From: Candidatus Eiseniibacteriota bacterium
GTDB taxonomy: Bacteria; Eisenbacteria; RBG-16-71-46
Direction: 5' to 3'
Assembly (NCBI GenBank): GCA_031366795.1
Contig: JANLOX010000252.1
Location: 1-43,911, forward strand
Length of the DNA stretch: 43,911 nt
The notes beneath the pieces are model-generated. The model had not been told where the DNA came from. It made no database searches and worked only from the letters and a program-made list of their open reading frames with translations. A program made the position numbers and the translations under genes. Position 1 is the stretch's first letter, and the number at the start of each line of letters is the position of its first letter. Positions 1 through 8,520 of this stretch are shown here, one piece after another.

Positions 1-255
1 CTGGACCCGATCCACGGTTTCGCAGCGGAGACCTCGGCGGCCACCGTCATCCAGGTCGCCTCGCGCTTCGGCTTCCCGCTCAGCACCACGCACGTGATCA
101 GCTCAGGCATCCTCGGCGTGGGTGCTGCGCGCCGCATGAATGCAGTGCGTTGGGGCGTGGCGCGGACGATGGTGGGCGCATGGCTGCTGACGATTCCGGT
201 GACCGCGCTGCTCGGCTACGGCGCGGCATGGGCAGCGAGGGCGCTATGGCACTAG
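1..255 (+). CDS. Inorganic phosphate transporter (PiT family), C-terminal fragment; 5' end outside the window
   Basis: Frame 1 from base 1 reads LDPIHGFAAETSAATVIQVASRFGFPLSTTHVISSGILGVG...VRWGVARTMVGAWLLTIP...WH*, with stop TAG at 253-255. GFAAE, P.STTH and W..TIP are PiT (PHO4) C-terminal signatures. Not in the ORF track. Confidence 0.93.
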   Translation: MDPIHGFAAETSAATVIQVASRFGFPLSTTHVISSGILGVGAARRMNAVRWGVARTMVGAWLLTIPVTALLGYGAAWAARALWH

Positions 256-1616
256 CCGCGCCGCGGGCGCTACCGCGCGTCTCCACCGCGAATGACTCGA
301 GGCATTGGGGCATCGCGCTGGGCCTGGTGTTGCTTATGGCTGGGGCTGGGGCCCCGCAAGCCCGCGCGCAGCACGGCGCGGCATTTGGTGATTCCGGGTG
401 GGTCGCACCGCTGCCTGAAGGAGCGCTGGACGGCGACTCGTCGGTTGCGGGCCCGCGCGTCGCCGGCCCGCAGCACGAACCGACCGGGGAGCGGATCCTG
501 CGCGCTCCATTTCGCGCGGTGTTCTTCCCTGCGCGCTGCCTCGCTCGCGGACTCGAGGCACTCGCGGGCACAGATCTAGGCACATTGAATACGCTGGGCC
601 GCGCGCGCCCCGGTTTCAGTGTGGGGCCGAGCTTCTCCTACTCCGGCGGCGCGGGGGTGGGACTCGGGCTGCGTACGGTGTCCGTGCTCAACGAACGGCA
701 CGCCGCGCGCTGGGCGGCCGACGGGACATGGTCAGTGCACGATGAACGCAAGGCCCGCGCCTCATTCAATTGGGGCGCGGTCGACGACCCGCTCGGCTTC
801 GATATCCTCGCCCGCTACGACCTGATGCCCAACCGCCGGTTCTACGGGGTGGGCAACAGCTCGAGTGAGGCAGACCGGGCGATCTACCTGAGCGAGCGGA
901 GCACCGCTGATGTCGCCGTGCGCTTCGGTCCCCTCGTGCACCAGTTGCGGCTCGTCGCGGGTTTCGAGCATGTCGGCGCGCGCCGGGGGTACAACGGCAG
1001 CCCCGGGGTGCTCGACCAGCCGGCGCTCGCCCAGACCGCCGGCATGCTCCAGCACTCGGAGCTGGTCTCGCTCGGCGCCGGCGGCAACTTCGCCGCACTC
1101 GATAACCTGCGTGATCCTTCGCGCGGCGTGGAAGGTCGCATCGATGTGCGCCAGGTCCACGTACTCGAGCGCGGGGACTTCGATTTCTGGCGCTACCAGT
1201 TCGAGGCACGCGCCTACGTTCCCGTGTTCTCACGCCGCCGTGTCATCGCGGTGCGCGCGATCCAGCACAGCGTGGCGCCGCTCAAGGACTCTGCGACGCT
1301 TCCCTTCTACGTCCTGCCCGAGGGCGAGGGCGTGACGCACTTCGCCGCCTACTCGGGGCACCGTTTCACGGACCGCCACCTCATGCTCGTCCACACGGAA
1401 TACCGCTGGCTCGTCTGGGACCGGCTGTGGGTATTTGGGTTGGCCGAATTCGGCGAGGTGGCCTCGCGCTCCGACCGTTTGCGGCTTGATGCGATGCACG
1501 CCTCACGCGGCGGCGGCCTGCGCTTCGCATTCACGCCGGCTTCCGTTATCCGGCTGCAGATGGCGCACGGCTCCGAAGACTTGGCCGCTTACGCCATGCT
1601 GAACGAGGACTTCTGA
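246..1616 (+). CDS. BamA/TamA (Omp85) family outer-membrane beta-barrel protein without obvious POTRA domains
   Basis: Start moved to ATG 246, overlapping the PiT end. Hydrophobic segment ends AQARA-Q. Barrel-type motifs FYGVGN, D..RDPSRG, Y..HRFTD (YRGY/RF-like loop), EYRW, GGGLRF; terminal Phe. Confidence 0.8.
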   Translation: MALAAPRALPRVSTANDSRHWGIALGLVLLMAGAGAPQARAQHGAAFGDSGWVAPLPEGALDGDSSVAGPRVAGPQHEPTGERILRAPFRAVFFPARCLARGLEALAGTDLGTLNTLGRARPGFSVGPSFSYSGGAGVGLGLRTVSVLNERHAARWAADGTWSVHDERKARASFNWGAVDDPLGFDILARYDLMPNRRFYGVGNSSSEADRAIYLSERSTADVAVRFGPLVHQLRLVAGFEHVGARRGYNGSPGVLDQPALAQTAGMLQHSELVSLGAGGNFAALDNLRDPSRGVEGRIDVRQVHVLERGDFDFWRYQFEARAYVPVFSRRRVIAVRAIQHSVAPLKDSATLPFYVLPEGEGVTHFAAYSGHRFTDRHLMLVHTEYRWLVWDRLWVFGLAEFGEVASRSDRLRLDAMHASRGGGLRFAFTPASVIRLQMAHGSEDLAAYAMLNEDF

Positions 1617-3295
1617 TGCGGCGCCTGCGACTCAGCCTCCTCTGCGGCCTGCTGTTGTTGTCCGCAGCACGCGCGCATGGCGCTGCGAACGTCACCGCGA
1701 TCCCTCCCCGCGCCGCGATCGACGCGCAGACGTGGATCGATCACGACGCGCAACCGATCCGCGAGCCCGCGACACGCCAGCCCAACCTTCGCAGCTTGCA
1801 GTTGCACGAGGCGGTGGTCGAGCCCTTCACGCATGCGTTCGATGTGCCCGATAAATTGCTGTGGCTGATGCGCCAGGTCAATGGCGGCACGAAACCCCAG
1901 AGCGTGAACGTCAACGCATTCGATGAAGTTCCCAACTCAAGCTGGTTCACGAACCGCAACCATGTGAAAGCGCTGACTCCCGGCGAGGTGCGGGTTGGCG
2001 CCGGCAAGGAGGGCCAGGTTCCGGTCCCTCCCTATGTGATCAAGTCCTGCAAGCAGGACGGCGTGAACCCGGGGTTCAACATCAAGGACGCGGCGGGTCA
2101 ACGCTGGGTGGTCAAGCTCGACCCCGTCGGTTTCCCGCAACTGGGCTCAGGCGCCGACGCCGTGGTGAGCCGGCTGATTTACGCCGCCGGCTACAACGTG
2201 CCCCACGACGTGCCGTTCACCTTCCGGCGCGAGGCACTGCGGATCGATTCCGCGCTCGCGGTGGGAGGGCACGGGGCACTGCCCTTCGGTGAGGCCGATC
2301 TCGATAGCCTGCTGGCACGCAGCGCGCGCGACCCAGACGGCCGCTCATTTGCCCAGGCCAGCCTGTTTCTCACGGGCAAGCCCATCGGTCCTACGGACAT
2401 GCATGGGCGCCGCCGTGACGATGCGAACGACTGGTACGAACATCGCGACCGGCGCGAACTGCGCGGGCTCTACGTGCTGATGTCGTGGCTCGACAGCTGG
2501 GACACCAAGGACCAGCAGTCGCTCGACACCTTTATCGGGACACAGGATTCGCTGGGTGCCGTGCGCCACCATCTGCTCGACCTCGGCGCCTCACTCGGCG
2601 CCGCGGCGGAGGGGCCCAAGTCACTGCGCACGGGCTACGAGTACAAGGTCGACTGGGGCTGGATCGCCCTGCGCCTGGCCAGCTTCGGCTTTGCCGTGGA
2701 ACCCTGGCGCGGCACGCAACAGACCACAGGCATCCCCTCGGTCGGCAGTTTCGAGGTCGCGCACTTCCAGCCGGACCGCTTCAAACCACTGTTGCCGCAC
2801 CCGGCATTCGGCAGGCGCACCGCGCGCGACTCGTACTGGGGAGCCAAGCTCGTCGCCTCATTCAGCATCGCGCAGATCGCCGCCGCGATCGATGCCGCGG
2901 GCTACGCCGACCCGCGCGCCAAGCCGGTACTGCTCCGTCTGATGATGGAACGCCGCGACAAGGTAACGGGCTACTGGTTCAGCCGGGTCGCCCCCGTCGA
3001 CTTCTTCCACGTGGACGGCAGCACGCTGCGCTTCAGCGACCTGGCGGTCGACACGGGTCAAGCGCCTGCGCGTGCCTACTCGGTGCGCCTGCTGGATTCG
3101 CATGGCAGGCGCGGCGTTCACGGTGAGTCACCGAGGGTGTCACGCGAGACGGCAATCGAGCTCGATGAGTTCGGGCCTGGCAACCGTACGCTCGCCCTCG
3201 AAGTCGGCATCAAGGGGCAAGATGCGGTGCCCGCGACGATCCACCTCGTGCGCTCCGCGGGGCGCTGGAAGGTGGTGGGAGTCGTGCATGGGTGA
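1616..3295 (+). CDS. Secreted hypothetical protein with an atypical protein-kinase-like fold
   Basis: Signal peptide MRRLRLSLLCGLLLLSAARAHG. Kinase-like motifs in the right order: G-rich DGVNPGF, WVVKLD, catalytic-loop-like WLDSWDTKDQQ, DFG-like LDLGASLG. TGATG overlap with the Omp85 gene. Confidence 0.6.
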   Translation: MRRLRLSLLCGLLLLSAARAHGAANVTAIPPRAAIDAQTWIDHDAQPIREPATRQPNLRSLQLHEAVVEPFTHAFDVPDKLLWLMRQVNGGTKPQSVNVNAFDEVPNSSWFTNRNHVKALTPGEVRVGAGKEGQVPVPPYVIKSCKQDGVNPGFNIKDAAGQRWVVKLDPVGFPQLGSGADAVVSRLIYAAGYNVPHDVPFTFRREALRIDSALAVGGHGALPFGEADLDSLLARSARDPDGRSFAQASLFLTGKPIGPTDMHGRRRDDANDWYEHRDRRELRGLYVLMSWLDSWDTKDQQSLDTFIGTQDSLGAVRHHLLDLGASLGAAAEGPKSLRTGYEYKVDWGWIALRLASFGFAVEPWRGTQQTTGIPSVGSFEVAHFQPDRFKPLLPHPAFGRRTARDSYWGAKLVASFSIAQIAAAIDAAGYADPRAKPVLLRLMMERRDKVTGYWFSRVAPVDFFHVDGSTLRFSDLAVDTGQAPARAYSVRLLDSHGRRGVHGESPRVSRETAIELDEFGPGNRTLALEVGIKGQDAVPATIHLVRSAGRWKVVGVVHG

Positions 3296-3546
3296 GCCCC
3301 CGGCGGCCGCCGCTCGCGCGGAACCGTGTAATTACTGCGCCTTTTGTAGCTTCAACCTCGTCCAGGGGTCGCGCCGGGTCACGAAAACACGAAAAAGTCT
3401 ACTGAAAGCAGCGATCAATACGTGGCCCCGATCCTGCAGCTTGGCAGCGCGGAGCCGGACATTTTGCCCGCCATCCAGTTGGTCCCCTTGGGTCGGCGCG
3501 TGCTTTGCGTTCGGCGATCCTGGCCCACCTCGAACAGGAGAGGCTC

Positions 3547-4581
3547 ATGAAATCCCATCTTTCCATCACCTCGATGTGGTGTATCGGCATGAGCGCGCTC
3601 GCGCTGCTGAGTCTGCCGCTCACCCAGGCCGCGGCAGGCATGCCTTCCACCTATGCCGACCACTTTGCCTCCCACCCGATGATCTCGGGCACCATCGTCT
3701 CGGTGAATGATCATGAGATGATCGTGAACACCGAGCAGGGCGAGCAGGTCACGCTGGACATGGACTCGGGCACGATGGCCCCGCGTGACATGGCGCCGGG
3801 CATGTTCATGCGCGCCGACTTCGTGGCCCAAGAGGACTGCCACTTCTACGCCCAGCGCGTCATGGCGATTCGCGGCCAAACCGCGCTGACGCGCCCCCAG
3901 GCCTACGCGAACTCCCACGACACGCGCGCGAGCAACGAAGCCGACGCCTCGATGGCAGGCAGCTACCAGCGCGAGACTGGACCGCAGGCCGCAGCAAGGC
4001 ACACCCCCGGCGTGACGGTCGCGGCCACCCATTCCACAGCCGACTATATCTTCTCGACGCGCCCGATGATGTCGGGCCGTGTGGTCTCCGCGAATGATCA
4101 CCGGTTGATGGTCGACACCGACCAAGGACAGCTGGTCGGCCTCGTGATGGACTCGCGCACGATGGTGCCCAGCGATGTAGGAGCCGGCACGATCGTGCGA
4201 GCCGAGTTCAAGCCGATGAAGGACGGCCGCCACTACGCCACGCGGGTTCAGGCGATCTCCTACAGCGTAGCCGACCGTGAACAGGCCTATGCGCGCACGC
4301 AGGACAGCGATTTTGCGCTGGCCGAGAACACCGTGGATTGCGGTGCTTCGAACCTTCCGCCGCGCAACAGCTCGGCGTCGGTGGTGCCCGCGCAGCCCTT
4401 GGCCAACCCCACGCCGCCTGCAGCGGTCGCGCAAGTGGCGAGCGAGCCCGAACCCGCCAACGACGCTGTGGCCCTGCTCCCGCAAACGGCCACCAACCAG
4501 CCGCTATTGCTTCTGCTCGGCATGCTCGCGCTGGGCGGCGGGGCGTTGATGATGATCGTACGCCGTCTACGGTTCGCCTGA
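3547..4581 (+). CDS. Sortase substrate with LPQTA sorting signal and two Met-rich DUF5666/OB-like repeats
   Basis: Start ATG 3547 after AGGAGAGG. N-terminal signal peptide, two ~85-aa repeats, Pro/Ala linker, then LPQTA + hydrophobic stretch + basic tail RRLRFA. Confidence 0.85.
   Translation: MKSHLSITSMWCIGMSALALLSLPLTQAAAGMPSTYADHFASHPMISGTIVSVNDHEMIVNTEQGEQVTLDMDSGTMAPRDMAPGMFMRADFVAQEDCHFYAQRVMAIRGQTALTRPQAYANSHDTRASNEADASMAGSYQRETGPQAAARHTPGVTVAATHSTADYIFSTRPMMSGRVVSANDHRLMVDTDQGQLVGLVMDSRTMVPSDVGAGTIVRAEFKPMKDGRHYATRVQAISYSVADREQAYARTQDSDFALAENTVDCGASNLPPRNSSASVVPAQPLANPTPPAAVAQVASEPEPANDAVALLPQTATNQPLLLLLGMLALGGGALMMIVRRLRFA
3664..4308 (+). repeat. Intragenic duplication: two ~85-codon repeats (~3664-3924 and ~4051-4308)
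   Basis: FASHPMISGTIVSVNDHEMIVNTEQG...MDSGTM.P...YAQRV.AI...QAYA versus FSTRPMMSGRVVSANDHRLMVDTDQG...MDSRTM.P...YATRV.AI...QAYA. Confidence 0.85.
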
Positions 4582-4590
4582 GCGAGTGCC

Positions 4591-5286
4591 ATGAGCCCGC
4601 GACCGAGGACCCGGTGGATCGAAAGCGGGCTCTTCGTGCTCGGGCTGGTGGCAGTCGTCTCATGGTCGAAAGAGGCCTTCGACTCCCGTGACTTCCAGTC
4701 GCGTGAGTCGAAGTCGTTGGATTCAGTGTTGGGCGGGGCGGACTTGAATACTGAAGGCACCGCCGAAGCCGCAACGCTGACCGGTCCGCCGAATCCAGGG
4801 CATGCGAATCGCGACACGCCGCGGGCGATGCTGGATCCCGGCGTGCTGGGCAAACTCGAGATCCCGCGACTCAGGATTTCCGCAATCGTCGCGGAAGGGG
4901 CGGATTTAAAGACACTCCGCCACGCAGTCGGCCACATCAATTCGACCGCCCTCCCGGGACAACAGGGCAATTGCGCGCTCGCCGGGCACCGCGACACGTT
5001 CTTGCGCGGACTTGGGGGTGTGCGCGGCGATGATCTCATCCGCCTCGTCACGATCGGTGGAACGCATTCCTACCGCGTTGAGTGGGGTATGGTCGTCGAG
5101 CCTACCCAGGTGGAAGTGCTCGACTCGACGGCCACGCCCTCGCTCACCTTGATCACCTGCTACCCGTTCGAATTCGTGGGCCACGCACCCAAGCGATTCG
5201 TGGTTCGGGCCCGTGAAGTTCCCACCGAGGCCCAGCCCGGCGCCACGGCCGCTACCGCGACCCGCACAGGCGCCCCAACCCAATGA
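4591..5286 (+). CDS. Sortase (class D-like)
   Basis: N-terminal membrane anchor; LEIPRL, GNCALAGHRDTF (catalytic His), LTLITCYPF (TLxTC catalytic Cys), R.VVRA (catalytic Arg). Confidence 0.95.
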   Translation: MSPRPRTRWIESGLFVLGLVAVVSWSKEAFDSRDFQSRESKSLDSVLGGADLNTEGTAEAATLTGPPNPGHANRDTPRAMLDPGVLGKLEIPRLRISAIVAEGADLKTLRHAVGHINSTALPGQQGNCALAGHRDTFLRGLGGVRGDDLIRLVTIGGTHSYRVEWGMVVEPTQVEVLDSTATPSLTLITCYPFEFVGHAPKRFVVRAREVPTEAQPGATAATATRTGAPTQ

Positions 5287-5321
5287 CGAAGTGTCTCCCA
5301 ATCCCCACGGAAGGAAATTTC

Positions 5322-6800
5322 ATGAACGGTCACTCGACATTCACACGCCTTGGCCTCATCGCCGCCGGACTCGTTTTTGTAGCGGCAACCGCCAGCGCCC
5401 AGACGGTCGTGCGCCCCGGGTTCAATGTGTTCTCGGTCGATCAGGATGTCACCATCGGGCAGCAGTCCGCGCTGCAGGTCGAGAAGCAGCTGCCGATGAT
5501 GAATGACGCCGCAGCACAGCGGTACGTCTCGGCGCTGGGCGCCCGGCTGGCCGCCAGGGCCCCCGGTCCCAAGTTCACCTACCAGTTCAAGATCACCAAC
5601 CAGCCGGAGATCAACGCCTTCGCACTGCCGGGTGGCTTCATCTACGTAAATCGTGGACTGCTTGAGCAAGTGCGGAGCGAAGGCGAGCTCGCGGGCGTGA
5701 TGGCGCACGAGATCGCGCACGTCGCATTGCGCCACCCCACCAACCAGGCGTCGAAGGCCTACCTCGCGCAGGCGGGGCTCGGCGTGCTCGGCGGCATGCT
5801 CGGTGGAAAGTCCGCCTCGTCCACGGGCCAGATCATCGGCGCGCTGGGTGGCTTCGGCATGAATACCCTGTTCCTCAAGTTCTCGCGTTCGGTCGAGAGC
5901 CAGGCCGATATCGTCGGCTCGCAGATCATGAACCGCGCGGGATACAACCCCATCGAGATGGCGAACTTCTTCGGACTGCTGGCGCAGAAGTCGGGCTCCG
6001 ACCCGGGCAAGGTCGCCAGGTTCCTGAGTGATCATCCGGCTCCCGCGGATCGCGAGGCACGCGTTCGGCAGGAAGCCAAGTTGCTGGGCGCTGTCCCTCG
6101 CATAGCACCCATCGGTTCATTGGCCGCGGTGCAGACCCGGTTGCGCCGTTCGCCCGCGGCACCGGCAGCGGCACCGCTGGCGAACCTGGCGCCCGCGGAC
6201 GGTTCTACCGCGCCGAACGGCACGGGACTCGGGATCGAGGCACCCTCCACGCACTATCGCGTGTTCCGTCAGCCGCAGGGTGACTACCAGCTCGAACAGC
6301 CCGACAACTGGAGCGCCAACGCCACGACCGGGGACTACGGCGTGACACTGCTGCCGCAAGGGGGCGTGGTCGCAGACATGGGCGGGCGCGACAACATCGC
6401 CTACGGCGTCATCATCAATCATTACGTCCCCTTCGATGGATCCGTGGGCAACAACTTCACCGATCCGAACGGCTCGAGCGGATATGTCCTGCCGCTCGAG
6501 CAGGCCACGACTGACCTTGTCGACCAGCTCCTGCAGAGCAATCCGCACTTGAGCCGGATAACGGCTTCCAACGCGAATACAACGGTGTCCAATGAGCGAT
6601 CCCTGTCGGTTTCACTCGCGGGGCGTTCTGCCGCAACGGGACGTGACGAGCGGGTGACCGTGGTGACGCGGCAACTCGCGGACGAGCACATTGTCTACCT
6701 GCTGCTGATCGCACCGGCCAGCGAATACAGCGCGCTGGCACCCACGTTCGACCACATGGTTCGCAGCCTGCGGATCACCGACAACACCACGCACAACTAG
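5322..6800 (+). CDS. Secreted M48-family zinc metallopeptidase (BepA/YfgC-like) with C-terminal PsbP-like domain
   Basis: Start ATG 5322 after AAGGAA. Signal peptide; INAFALPGG, ELAGVMAHEIAH (HExxH), FSR..E.QAD..G, LSDHP....R. Confidence 0.9.
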   Translation: MNGHSTFTRLGLIAAGLVFVAATASAQTVVRPGFNVFSVDQDVTIGQQSALQVEKQLPMMNDAAAQRYVSALGARLAARAPGPKFTYQFKITNQPEINAFALPGGFIYVNRGLLEQVRSEGELAGVMAHEIAHVALRHPTNQASKAYLAQAGLGVLGGMLGGKSASSTGQIIGALGGFGMNTLFLKFSRSVESQADIVGSQIMNRAGYNPIEMANFFGLLAQKSGSDPGKVARFLSDHPAPADREARVRQEAKLLGAVPRIAPIGSLAAVQTRLRRSPAAPAAAPLANLAPADGSTAPNGTGLGIEAPSTHYRVFRQPQGDYQLEQPDNWSANATTGDYGVTLLPQGGVVADMGGRDNIAYGVIINHYVPFDGSVGNNFTDPNGSSGYVLPLEQATTDLVDQLLQSNPHLSRITASNANTTVSNERSLSVSLAGRSAATGRDERVTVVTRQLADEHIVYLLLIAPASEYSALAPTFDHMVRSLRITDNTTHN

Positions 6801-6812
6801 GCGACGCGACCC

Positions 6813-7598
6813 ATGCCAGACACCACGACACCCGCACCGAACGCCGAACGCAACCCGCTCCGCAAGATCGACGACGCGGTAATCGCACCGAAGCCCACGC
6901 GGAAGTCGCGGGCACGAGTGTTCCAGGTCTACGTCCTCCTGGCCGCGGTGCTGTTCGTGGCGCTTGCTGTCACCGCGCGCGTGTTTGGCTACTTCCCCAT
7001 CGACTTGACCATCACCCTTGCGGTCCAGCGCTACCATGGCGCCGCCTTCGCGAGCGTCATGTACTGGATCAGTTGGATCGGATTCATGCCTCAGGTGATC
7101 GTGATCTGCGGTGGCGGCGTCATCGGCCTGTTCCTGCTGGGCATGCGCTGGGAAGCCGTCGCCCTGCTGTTCGCGAGCATCGCCAACGCGCTCGGCGCGC
7201 TGGTCAAGCTCATCGTCCTGCGTCCACGCCCGACTCCTGACCTCGTTCACGTATTCGCGGAGCTGAATTCTCCGGGATTCCCCAGCGGGCACGTGCTGTC
7301 GGTTACCGCCTATGGCGGCTTCCTCATCTTCCTCCTCTACACGCTGCTCAAACACTCCCGCTGGCGGACCTCAGGCATCGCGCTGATGTCGGTGCTGATC
7401 GGCCTGATGGGCCTCTCACGGATCTACCAGGGCCAGCACTGGTTCAGCGATGTGATGGGGGCCTATCTGCTGGGCAGCGTCTGGCTGGCGCTGACGATTC
7501 GCGGCTACCGCTGGGGAAAGACCCGTTACTTCGTGCGGCAACCTGTTGCACCCGAGATTCACGCGCCTGACGCGGCGTCCATCCGGCACGCGAGTTAG
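6813..7598 (+). CDS. PAP2-family membrane phosphatase
   Basis: KLIVLRPRP, FPSGH and SRIYQGQHWFSDV match the three PAP2 motifs; several TM segments. Confidence 0.93.
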   Translation: MPDTTTPAPNAERNPLRKIDDAVIAPKPTRKSRARVFQVYVLLAAVLFVALAVTARVFGYFPIDLTITLAVQRYHGAAFASVMYWISWIGFMPQVIVICGGGVIGLFLLGMRWEAVALLFASIANALGALVKLIVLRPRPTPDLVHVFAELNSPGFPSGHVLSVTAYGGFLIFLLYTLLKHSRWRTSGIALMSVLIGLMGLSRIYQGQHWFSDVMGAYLLGSVWLALTIRGYRWGKTRYFVRQPVAPEIHAPDAASIRHAS

Positions 7599-7606
7599 GA
7601 GGCTCA

Positions 7607-8512
7607 GTGCGAACCCTTTATTCAATCCATCCCGCCGGCCTCGCGCACACACGTCAACGCGCCGGGTCGTTTGGCCTGGCATTCGCGGCAAACCCATGGG
7701 TCCAGCGCCTCGCCCGCTTCGGGATGGTGATTCGCGGCGTGATCTATTTCGTTCCGGGGATCGTGGCGCTCCAGGTGGCGCTGAGCTTGAGACCCTCGCT
7801 CATGAGTCAGCAGAGCACGATCAAGCTGATCGCCACGCAGCCCGCAAGCCAGGCGCTACTCGTCGCCACCGCGATCGGGCTGCTCGGCTACGCGATGTGG
7901 GGAATTATTCGCGCCGTCGTCGATCCGCTCGACCGCGGGCACCATATCGGCGGCATCCTGCGCCGGTTGGGATACCTGACGAGCGCGATCGCCTACATCG
8001 GCATGCTGGCCGCGACAGTGGGCTATCTCGTGACGGCGATCGCACACGATTCATCCTCGAACTGGGCTGCCTCCGTGCGATCGCATCCCCTGGGAGCCGT
8101 CGTCGTCGCCATCATCGGCGTGTGCTGGGTATTGGGCGCCGGGCTGGCGCAGGTTGCCGATGGGTGGACGGGAAGCTTCATGCGTGATTTCGATGAGGCG
8201 CGCATGGGTCCCGCTGTCCGGCGCTGGGCGCTCGTCACTGGGCGCGCCGGGATGATCTCGCGCGGCGTCGTGTTCACCGTGATCGGCGGCCTGTTCATCA
8301 TCTCGTCCACCCATGCGAGTACCCGCCATACCGTGGGGATGGATGATGCGCTCCTGCAGATCTTCCATCGCCCGTTCGGCCGCTTGATGCTGGGCGTCGC
8401 CGGAGCAGGGCTGATGGCCTTCGGATGCTTCGCTGCGATGTGCGCACGCTGGCTGCGCATGACGAAGCTGGACCGCGCAGCCGCGGCCCCATTCCAGTCC
8501 ACGCCACACTGA
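7607..8512 (+). CDS. DUF1206-family multi-pass membrane protein
   Basis: GTG start after AGGAGG. Repeated units LARFG..IRGVIY, GRAG..SRGVVF and P.G..LL..A.GL..Y/FG are typical of DUF1206. Confidence 0.8.
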   Translation: MRTLYSIHPAGLAHTRQRAGSFGLAFAANPWVQRLARFGMVIRGVIYFVPGIVALQVALSLRPSLMSQQSTIKLIATQPASQALLVATAIGLLGYAMWGIIRAVVDPLDRGHHIGGILRRLGYLTSAIAYIGMLAATVGYLVTAIAHDSSSNWAASVRSHPLGAVVVAIIGVCWVLGAGLAQVADGWTGSFMRDFDEARMGPAVRRWALVTGRAGMISRGVVFTVIGGLFIISSTHASTRHTVGMDDALLQIFHRPFGRLMLGVAGAGLMAFGCFAAMCARWLRMTKLDRAAAAPFQSTPH

Positions 8513-8520
8513 GGTTCATC

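Noticed and set aside
150..245. N-terminal extensions in the ORF track (also 14762-15058, 23235-23423, 32472-32777, 35925-36746, 39873-40103, 40450-40674)
   Set aside because: They overlap neighbouring genes or spacers. Downstream starts with an RBS, signal peptide or stop/start coupling fit better.
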